A DNA stretch of 9,912 bases from Octopus sinensis (taxonomy: Eukaryota): positions 1 through 9,912 of the forward strand of contig NW_021827783.1 in the NCBI RefSeq assembly GCF_006345805.1. Reading direction: 5' to 3'. The translations under genes were made by a program, and so were the position numbers. The notes beneath the pieces are model-generated. The model was not told the origin of the DNA. It worked only from the letters and a program-made list of their open reading frames with translations, and searched no databases. Each line of letters begins with the position of its first letter. The first letter of the stretch is position 1. Positions 1-7,845 of the stretch are shown here, piece after piece.

Positions 1-15
1 CTGTTTGTCATCTTT

Positions 16-370
16 TATATATATATATATATATACGTATAATGCATACATACACATATTTATGCATATATGCATTACGGTATGTATATATGTATATATA
101 TATATATATATGTTGAAACTGGAACTGTGAGTTTATCTCGTGGCTCGACTTACATACGTCTGCGATCTTCAGACATTGATATGAAACTTGAGTCGCATAC
201 ATATATGTATATATATATGTATGTATGCATGTATGTATGTATAATATATATATATATAATATGTATATACATATACTACATGTATATATGTATTTGTATG
301 TATGTATATATGTGTGTATGTCATGTATGTATATACGAATGTATCCTTTATATAATATATAATATATACT

Positions 371-400
<30 letters not shown>
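16..400. repeat. (TA)n/(TATG)n compound microsatellite region, interrupted at ~113-196
   Basis: Direct reading. Confidence 0.9.
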
Positions 401-401
<1 letters not shown>

Positions 402-859
402 TAAATTCTACAAAGCATTTGTTCAACATGGACGCAGTCCATTACTGAACATGCAAAAGATTGAAAGTGCAAGAAGAAAATTCTAGAAAAAAAAAAAAGA
501 AAAAGCAACACGCCATTTTGACTATTTTCTCTTTAGTAAATAAAGAAAAAAAAATTCCCTTTCATTATATTTTTCGTGTGATTACACACGCAAGTTATAA
601 AAAACAAATAAACAATAATTAAGTAAATAAATAACAAACTATTTTGTCATGAAATTTCTAAGAGGTTTACGTATCTTTTTTGCTTTTTTTTTTATTGTTT
701 TTTTTTTCCTGAAATTTTATACACGAGTTTCGCAGCTCATCTTTTATTTTCTTTAGCCATTTTTGCACTCGTAGTAAAAATATACAGCAAAAAAAAAATA
801 ATAAATAGAAACAAGAAAATGAAACGGATGGCACTCAGAAGAGGAATTCTAAGAATAGT

Positions 860-1700
860 ATCTGGAATTTCTCTCGGTCGTCTTCTTAAAGACAGATAGG
901 GTTACTAAAATATGTTGGGGTAGGTTTGAATGAAGGCGAAGCATATGGGTTGATATCAGTTGCGTTTTTAACATGATATAGCTGCAAATACAGGAGGTCG
1001 GACAACACCATAAAAAAAATTGTGAGCGGTGGGAGATGGGGAATTTCAGTGTTATTTTCCCTTGGTTGTTGAGTTATATTGGGTGCGGTAGAGGGAAGGC
1101 GAATCGCCTGGTGGTAAGGGTGTTGCACTCACGTCCGTAACATCGTGTCTTTGATTTTCCGACCGTGCCGAGTGATACGTATTGTCCTTCTGCAAAATCC
1201 TTCATTTCACGTTGCCGCAGTTCACACAACTGAACACAAGTTCTATTCACACTCAGGCTGCTAGAAATAGCAGCCCACAAAACACCTATGGATATTGAGT
1301 TTAGGAAAAATAGTAGATAAAGAGAAATGTGGGTAGAAGAGACTTATAGCAGAAACTATAGAACAATGGGTAAGAGGAACAGGGAATTAGGTCTCTCTAA
1401 TTTTGCTAGGAATAAAGTATGTCCCTTAAACTCTAAATGTTCGACGAAGAAATTTATATAAAGATGTAAAATCACTTCTGAGGAAAAAACATGCTTCTGC
1501 ATAGGGGCGAGCTCGCTAAATGTTAAAGGACTAGCTACTCTTTAAATTCATTTAGTGACAGAGATAAAATGAACAGCATGGGCTTAAGCAAACTAATCTG
1601 GCCCTTAATCATAGGAACTATAGTTTACTCCGGAGTGGGAGATAATTAGTTGAGCTAAACCGTATCAAGGAGGAGGAAGTGGATGTCAGTCATGTAAAGA
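860..1700 (-). pseudogene. Possible highly decayed LINE (CR1/L2-like) ORF2 fragment interrupted by the family C SINE
   Basis: Minus-strand peptide scraps occur in the expected order across different frames: YGLAQLII, FLRSDFTSLYKFL (1441-1500), FIPSKIR, SVF/EDD. Weak pattern recognition only. Confidence 0.25.
1098..1280 (+). mobile_element. Old, degenerate tRNA-derived SINE (family C)
   Basis: There is a tRNA-like start (GCCTGGTGGTAAGGGTGTTGCACTCACG), a decayed CORE-like TGTCCTTCTGCAAAATCCTTCATTTCACGTTGC, and a tail GCTAGAAATAGCAGCC. Recognised from memory; only one copy in the window. Confidence 0.5.
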
Positions 1701-1755
1701 AGTCTGCGCCGGGTCGACGTTGTTTTCAGTAAGTCGTATTAACATGATACAGTCG

Positions 1756-1881
1756 GCTTGATTCTCTACCACATGATGTTGGATTCCACCGCATATCACC
1801 TTGGACAAGTGTCTTGTACTATAGCCTCGGGCCAACCAAAGCCTTGTGAGTAGATTTGGTACACGGAAATCGAAAGAATCC
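1756..1881 (+). mobile_element. SINE family B, 5'-decayed copy
   Basis: CACCTTGGACAAGTGTCTTGTACTATAGCCTCGGGCCAACCAAAGCCTTGTGAG matches the reverse complement of about 3495-3570. ACCTTGG(A/G)CAAGT resembles the CORE motif. A (CA)n run follows. Confidence 0.8.
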
Positions 1882-1885
1882 TTTT

Positions 1886-1922
1886 ACACACACACACACT
1901 CTCACACACACACACACACACA
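1886..1922. repeat. (CA)n microsatellite
   Basis: Direct reading. Confidence 0.9.
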
Positions 1923-1942
1923 TAAAATATACATTAAGTACA

Positions 1943-2166
1943 GTAAACACACGAGAGATAAGTACAGGACAAAATACAAAAACATATCAAACAATACACA
2001 ATAAGTAGAGGACATCACCAATGAGGGAAAAATACGTAAACACACGAGAGATAAGTACAGGACAAAATACCAAAACATAAAAAAATACACAATAAGTAGA
2101 GGACATCACCAATGATGGAAAAATACGTAAAGACACGAGAGATTAGCAGAGGACAAAATACCAAAA
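1943..2166. repeat. Tandem repeat, ~2.4 copies of a 91-93-bp unit
   Basis: Units begin GTAAA(C/G)ACACGAGAGAT at 1943, 2036 and 2127. Confidence 0.9.
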
Positions 2167-2242
2167 GAAGGTAATTCATCGTCAGTTGTCGACTGTTTTA
2201 CTACTCCCTATTTCGTTCTTTTGTCTCCTCACTACCGATTCA

Positions 2243-2393
2243 AAACCGGTGTTGGCGTGTTTGCATCCACGTGACGGTTCGGCCAAAGAGATCAACAGAA
2301 TAAAGTATCCCGCTTAAAAAATAAGTAGAGGACTTAAAGAATAAGAACTAATTCATTAGACTAAAAATAAGACTGCGACCCCAGCATGGCCGC
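2243..2393 (+). mobile_element. Fragment of another interspersed repeat (family D, SINE-like 3' part)
   Basis: The sequence runs AAACCGGTGTTGG...CGGTTCGGCCAAAGAGA...CCCCAGCATGGCCGC, and its end matches the reverse complement of part of 5316-5365. Family recalled from octopus repeats. Confidence 0.6.
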
Positions 2394-2537
2394 GTAACTG
2401 GTACTTCATTTATCAACCCCGAAAGGATGAAAGGCAAAGTGGACCTCGGCGGAATTTGAACCCAGAACGTAAAGACAAACGAAATGGCGCTAAGCATTTC
2501 GCCCGGCGTGCTAACGTTTCTGCCAGCTCGCCGCCTT
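2392..2537 (-). mobile_element. SINE family A, 3'-truncated copy (head plus central domain)
   Basis: Clear homology to 4493-4629: GCGTAACTGGTAC...GAAAGGATGAAAGGCAAAG...TGCCAGCTCGCCGCCTT. Confidence 0.88.
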
Positions 2538-2570
2538 AAGAATAATTCTTGAGTAACAACTGTAGCTGTT

Positions 2571-2615
2571 GTAGTAGTAGTAGTAGTTGTAGTAGTAGTA
2601 GTAGTAGTGGTAGTA
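2571..2615. repeat. (GTA)n microsatellite
   Basis: Direct reading. Confidence 0.9.
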
Positions 2616-2888
2616 ATCTCATCAGTAACGTATACATATTTCGTTGTTTAGTGACGTATATTTCTAAATCCAAACTAAGATAATTAGTGGGGGTTTTTTT
2701 GTCATCAATAATTTATGTTATTTCCACTTTGCTTTTAAATCTAAGGAATTTCTGCCACATATTAAACATTGGATCGTTTCTTCGGTATTCCGAATTATCG
2801 CAGGAACCGCCCTTAGAATATGTATATACTTGGCAGCGAGGAGATAACTATGCAGATAACTGGGGGTGGGGGAGATTAATATCTAAAC

Positions 2889-2922
<34 letters not shown>

Positions 2923-2980
2923 GTGTGTATGTATGTATGAGTGTGTGTGTGTACGTCTACGTTTGTGTGTGTTTGTGTGT
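2889..2980. repeat. (AT)n(ATGT)n(GT)n compound microsatellite
   Basis: Direct reading. Confidence 0.9.
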
Positions 2981-3115
2981 TTTATTATTTTTAATGGGTA
3001 GAATTTAGAAAGTGATTCAAGGGCCGACAGTTTCGGGCGTGGTACTTGGTAAGTGCCATGAACGAAACTTTTGGACGCTGAGTCAATTTGTAACTACTGC
3101 CGATTAAAAATATTG

Positions 3116-3315
3116 GCTTAAAATTTTGGCACAAGGCCAGCAATTTCAGGGCAGGGGCTGAGTCGATTAAATGGACCCCAGTGTCCAACTGGTATCTATT
3201 TTATCTACCACGAAATGATGAAAGGCGGCATTTTAACCCACAACATAGAAACAGACGAAATGCCTCTAAGCATTTTGGCCGTCGACCTAAAGATCCTGTC
3301 AGGTCGCCGCCTTAC
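3116..3315 (-). mobile_element. Diverged SINE family A monomer with the GGCCTTGTGCCAAAATT-type tail
   Basis: Motifs GGCACAAGGCC, AGTCGATTA, ACTGGTA, GATGAAAGGC, ACAGACGAAATGCC and CGCCGCCTT occur in the expected order, with an internal deletion. A degenerate TSD lies at 3099-3115 and 3316-3331. Confidence 0.8.
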
Positions 3316-3391
3316 GCCGAATAAAAAATTGTCTATACATATATATATATATGTGTGTGTGTGCGTGTGTGCTAATGCTTTTAATCGGCAT

Positions 3392-3441
3392 AAGGCGGGA
3401 GCTGGCAGAATCGTTAGCTCCCATGCTAAAACGCTTAGCAG

Positions 3442-3444
<3 letters not shown>
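3392..3444 (+). mobile_element. SINE family A head fragment
   Basis: AAGGCGGGAGCTGGCAGAATCGTTAGC...GCTTAGCAGCAT matches the head at 6012-6065 and runs into (AT)n. Confidence 0.7.
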
Positions 3445-3476
<32 letters not shown>

Positions 3477-3484
3477 TATATATA

Positions 3485-3650
3485 TATACGATGAGCTTCT
3501 TTCAGTTTCCGTCTGCCACATCCACTCAGGAGGCCTTGGTCGGCCCGAGGCTATAGTAGAAGACACCCATCAAAAGTCCCACGCAGTGGGACTGAACCCG
3601 GAACCATATGGCTGGGAAGCAAGCTTCTTACCACGCAGCCACTCCCATCC
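3485..3650 (-). mobile_element. tRNA-derived SINE family B (CORE-SINE-like), near full length
   Basis: The minus strand has an A-box-like TGGCTGCGTGGTAAG and a B-box-like GGGTTCAGTCCC. The body GTGTCTTCTACTATAGCCTCGGGCCGACCAAGGCC ends in (TA)n and is homologous to 1756-1881. Confidence 0.85.
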
Positions 3651-4010
3651 CTATACACCCCCCTCCACAAATTTATATATAATAGAATAAAAGGATAGCT
3701 AGGCAAACGATTGGGTCAGATTATGAGACATAGTTATAGAGTCCGTGGTGTGAGTTCTTCGAAAGGTTTTCGCTATTTGTTTTCCGTGTGAAGATTTCTT
3801 AAAGCTCAATGTCTTATGAGCAAACTATTCATAGATGCATCCATACTCACCATATATCATATATACATGACTAATTTTCTTATTTTTCGATGCTTCTAAA
3901 GTATGTTCTAAATGGTACTACACAAGCACACACGTACATACATGCATGCACGTTCGCACTCACACACAAAAATATAATTATATATAGTATAACCTGAAAG
4001 TGGAATAATT

Positions 4011-4629
4011 CTTTTCCATTCTACTCTAGGCACAAGGCCCGGAAATTTGGGGCAGGGGACCAGTCGATTAGATCGACCCCAGTAAGCAATTGGTACTTAA
4101 TTTATCAACCCCGAAAGGATGAAAGGCGGAGTCGACCTCGGCGGAATTTGAACTCAGAACGTAACGACAGACGAAATACCGATAAACATTTCACCCGGCG
4201 TGCTAAAGTTTCTTATATCTTTATTGCCCAAAAGGGGCTAAACATAGAGGAGAAAAACAAGGACAGACAAAGGGATAAAGTCGTTTACACCGACCCAGTG
4301 CGTAACTGGTACTTAATTTATCGACCCCGAAAGGATGAAAGGCAAAGTCGACGTCAGCGGAATTTGAACTCAGAACGTAATGACAGACGAAATACCTATT
4401 TCTTTATTCCTCTCAAGGGGCTAAACACAGAGAGGACAAAGAAGGACAGACAAACGGATTAACTCGATTATATCGATACCAGTGCGTAACTGGTCCTTAA
4501 TTTATCGACCCTGAAAGGATGAAAGGCAATGTCGACCTCGGCGGAATTTGAACTCAGAATGTAACGACAGACGAAATTCCGCTAAACATTTCGCCCGGCG
4601 TACTAACATTTCTGCCAGCTCGCCGCCTT
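4011..4629 (-). mobile_element. SINE family A trimer with mixed tails (units 4629-4397, 4396-4214, 4213-4011)
   Basis: It is a reverse-complement match to the 6012-6616 element, with three B boxes (plus strand GGAATTTGAACTC). The two upstream units end in the TTTAGCCCCTT...AATAAAGA(A/T)ATA tail, and the last ends in GGCCTTGTGCCTAGAGTAGAA. A degenerate TSD lies at 3994-4010 and 4630-4646 (14/17 identical). Confidence 0.9.
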
Positions 4630-5099
4630 CTCAATGTGGAATAGTTACGAAGAAGAATGTAGGCAAATTTCTTCTATACACTTGATGTGCAGGAAAGCGA
4701 AGTAAGTCGCTTGATGGGCTATAACAATGAAATACGACGGCCACGCCTTCTCTGAAGATTGATCACAAGCCATGAAACAGTCCTTCAAGAGATTTCCTCA
4801 TTTATTTGCTCTTAGTAACAGTATACGACATATGTGCTTACATTATTAGTTTACCCACAGTTAGGCTTTATAATGTTTAAATTTACTGAAGTTCTATATG
4901 TGTGAGTATGTGCATTCGCGTGCGTGTGTTGTATATATTGCTCGGGTGATCAAAGCTTAGAGATACAAAATTAAGCACTCAATACCTCGATGTGTAGAGT
5001 GTGTTATGATATTTATTACGTTACTTGTTGACAAACTCAATTCTACTTCAGTTGTCTGCAAAGTTCCATACAAAACTAAACTTGTAAACAGGTAATCTA

Positions 5100-5250
5100 A
5101 TATATATATATATACGTACCTATGCATGCATGCATGTATGTATGTATGTATGTATGTATGTATGTATGTATGTATGTATGTATGTATGTATGTATGTATG
5201 TATGTATGTGGGCATGTATATATGTATGTGTTGTGTGTGTGTGTGCGCGT
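5100..5250. repeat. (TA)n/(TATG)n/(TG)n compound microsatellite
   Basis: Direct reading; long pure (TATG)n run at ~5135-5208. Confidence 0.92.
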
Positions 5251-5315
5251 GTACCTGCGTTCGTGTGTGTTTAACTATATATACAGACATGCACACTTAT
5301 ATAATATATATATAC

Positions 5316-5365
5316 TCTTTTACTCGTTTCAGCCATGCGGCTGTGGTCGTGCTGGAGCACCACCA
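5316..5365 (-). mobile_element. 3' tail fragment of family D repeat
   Basis: TCTTTTACTCGTTTCAGCCATGCGGCTGTGGTCGTGCTGGAGCACCACC is embedded in (TA)n. Confidence 0.55.
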
Positions 5366-5433
5366 TATATATATGTATATAATTTTTGCAATGATAAAGA
5401 TAGGAAGAGGGAGAAGTGTGAACGTGACCAAGG

Positions 5434-5495
<62 letters not shown>

Positions 5496-5508
5496 GAGAT
5501 AGATAGAT
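5434..5508. repeat. (GATA)n microsatellite
   Basis: Direct reading. Confidence 0.93.
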
Positions 5509-5993
5509 GTTTGGTCGGTGGCGTGTTTTGTAACACTAGATGTTAGAGAACTATGTCAAGGGTTTCGTACTGCGGAAGCTAAGTATGTCAGGTAAAAAAA
5601 AAAAAAAAATTCATAACGAATGGAGTCCTCGGTTATGCTGATAAACATCTCAATGAGAAACGTTGAGAACAGATATAAGAGGTATTAAGCACAAGCCAGA
5701 GAAAAAAAAAATAAAACTAATATTTCGTCTTAGATTTCCGTTCCAAAGCACGTGAGGTGAGAATGCTCGAGTATTTTATTCACCATTTTTATTTTTGCGT
5801 GTTTTCAGAGACTATTTGAATGCCAGTGCTGCTACAGAATCACACATTGCTTGTTTTTCTTTCTGTGTTCCTTTGCTTATGATGTAACCAGCTTGCACAG
5901 TCATTTTGGGAACTCCTCTTCTACGCTTTGCTGTACATTATCACTTATATTAATTACAATTCTAATTTACCATCGTTGTTATTTTGTTTCTTT

Positions 5994-6637
5994 GGTATTT
6001 ATTTAAAGCCCAAGGCGGCGGCGAACTGGCAGAAACGTTAGCGCGCCGGACGAAATGCTGAGCGGTATTTCGTCTGCCGCTACGTTCTGAGTTCAAATTC
6101 CGCCGAGGTCGACTTTGGCTTTCATCCTTTCGGGGGTCGATAAATTAAGTACCAGTTACGCACTGGGGTCGATGTGATCGACTTAATACCTATGTCTGTC
6201 CTTGTTTTTCCCCTCTGTCTTTAGCCCCTTGTGGGTAATAAAGAAATAGGTATTTCGTCTGCCGCTACGTTCTGAGTTCAAATTCCGCCGCGGTCGACTT
6301 TGCCTTTCGTCCTTTCGGGGTCGATAAATTAAGTACCTGTTACGCACTGGGGTCGATGTAATCGACTTAATACCTATGTCTGTCCTTGTTTGTCCCCTCT
6401 GTCTTTAGCCCCTTGTGGGTAATAAAGAAATAGGTATTTCGTCTGCCGCTACGTTCTGAGTTCAAATTCCGCCGAGGTCGACTTTGCCTTTCATCCTTTC
6501 GGGGTCGATAAATTAAGTACCAGTTACGCACTGGGGTCGATGTAATCGACTTAATACCTATGTCTGTCTTTGTTTGTCCCTTCTATGTTTAGCCCCTTGT
6601 GGGTAGTAAAGAAATAGGTATTTATTTAAAGCCCAAG
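5994..6637. repeat. Exact 21-bp target-site duplication GGTATTTATTTAAAGCCCAAG flanking the trimer
   Basis: The same 21-mer is read directly at 5994-6014 and 6617-6637. Confidence 0.92.
6012..6616 (+). mobile_element. Young tRNA-derived SINE (family A), head-to-tail trimer: one full head plus three 184-185-bp monomers
   Basis: The head AAGGCGGCGGCGAACTGGCAGAAACGTTAG is A-box-like. A B box GAGTTCAAATTCC and a central GCCTTTCATCCTTTCGGGGTCGATAAATTAAGTACC block (recalled as Meta-domain-like) recur in each unit. Monomers start with GGTATTTCGTC at 6064, 6249 and 6433, and each ends in AAAGAAATA. Confidence 0.92.
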
Positions 6638-7138
6638 TCGTCGACAGTTAAAATATGACGATGTTTACCAAACTGATCTCATTCATTGCCGTTGGTTTAT
6701 TTATCTATTCATTTCTATATTCCTTGTTTTCTTTTTATCTATCTTTCTTTCTTGGAGTGGTGGTGCTGAACATTAGAAAGAATGCAAGCGAGTTACATTA
6801 TCGACAAGATATCCAATTTCGGTAAAGTGAAATATCTGAATGACGTGCTGAGATTTCAAGCTAATATATATGGCGTTCGTTTAGGATGTGAGGCCAGCAG
6901 GCTCTGTAAAGCGACCGACGAATGTGATTTGCCTTATTGAATTATAACCTTTTATGTCACCCTCTGAAATCCAAACCTATATCCAGCGATGACATGTCTT
7001 TTCTGTACTTCCGGGGTCGACAAAAAACATCAATCAAATATTGAAACCGGTTTAACTTATTTGTACATTATAAGAATATACTCCAAAGTGTCCAGCCTCA
7101 TGCATAGGTTGTCCTCCAAAGCCTATATATACATATAC

Positions 7139-7503
7139 ATACAAATATTCTATAATTATAAACATTAATTATAATCAAGGGTCAGCTAATTGCTTCGCCA
7201 GACACCGAATTTAGAAATAGGAGTTAAAATAACTTTTCCGCTACCAAAAAGATCTCCCAGACAATAACAAACTTTTTTTTTACGAAGGCAAAGAGAAAAC
7301 AATAACGAATCCACACAATTCAGATTAGCTACGTACGCGTTTCGTGATTAAAGTAAATTTATATTTAAAATTGTGTTACTGTCTGGGAGATATTTATGGT
7401 AGCGGAAAAGGTATTTTAACTGCTATTTCTAAATTCCGTGCCTGGCGAAGCAATTAGCTGATCCCTGATTATTATTATGTTTATAATTATAGTATATTTG
7501 TAT
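7139..7503. repeat. Long inverted repeat / foldback element (arms 7139-7269 and 7374-7503, ~104-bp spacer)
   Basis: Manual alignment of the arms gives about 11 substitutions and 1 indel over ~130 bp, e.g. TCAGCTAATTGCTTCGCCAG / CTGGCGAAGCAATTAGCTGA. Confidence 0.9.
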
Positions 7504-7599
7504 AATTTTACCTAAAAAGGTTATTTTAACGTATCGATCTACTTGGTACAATTACTAATTATTAATTATAAATAAAATCAGTAAAATATTTACCATTTC

Positions 7600-7845
7600 G
7601 GCACCGGGGTAGATATAATCCATTTACCCCAACCCTCAAAACCGTGCTGGCCTTGTGCCAAAATTCGAAAACAAAATTATTTAGAGCTAGCAGCAATTCT
7701 TTCGACTCTTGAAACCCCACCGAGGTCAACTTTGCTTTTCATCCTTTCGAGGTCAATGAAATAAAGTACCAGTGGAGCTCAGAGATCGATTCAATCGGCC
7801 CACCTAAATCTGCTGGCCTTGTGCTAAAACTGGAAATCAAATAAT
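7600..7845 (+). mobile_element. Two adjacent degenerate SINE family A 3' fragments (~7600-7675 and ~7717-7845)
   Basis: Both contain TGCTGGCCTTGTGC(C/T)AAAA. The second also has CCGAGGTCAACTTTGCTTTTCATCCTTTCGAGGTC and AAGTACCAGT. Both are followed by a similar ATTTAGAGC(T/C)AGC, a possible TSD of the second copy. Confidence 0.7.

Noticed and set aside
8-486. ORFs 8-202 and 70-486
   Set aside because: YI/MYVC-rich translations of (TA)n and (TATG)n microsatellites.
1262-1273. TAGAAATAGCAG shared with the right arm of the 7139-7503 inverted repeat
   Set aside because: Only a 12-nt AT-rich match that does not extend.
1943-2166. CRISPR-like array (also considered for the SINE trimers)
   Set aside because: Whole units repeat with no unique spacers, the context is eukaryotic, and there are no cas genes.
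2687-4462. ORFs 2687-3001, 2991-3188, 3205-3444, 3215-3556 and 4148-4462
   Set aside because: They lie in SINEs or microsatellites and show no recognisable domain.
5126-5536. Overlapping ORFs with MYVC and IYLS repeats
   Set aside because: Translations of (TATG)n and (GATA)n.
5775-5890. Possible small exon after a TTTTCAG acceptor-like site
   Set aside because: The donor is weak and the peptide is unrecognisable; such sites are frequent in AT-rich DNA.
6012-6110. Functional tRNA gene
   Set aside because: A and B boxes are present, but the anticodon arm is over-extended and continues into a SINE body found in many copies.
6064-6616. Classical hammerhead retrozyme array
   Set aside because: Monomer size fits, but I found no CUGANGA...GAAA core on either strand of the monomer.
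6996-7110. Additional very decayed family A SINE (CTTCCGGGGTCGAC)
   Set aside because: The match is too short to set boundaries.
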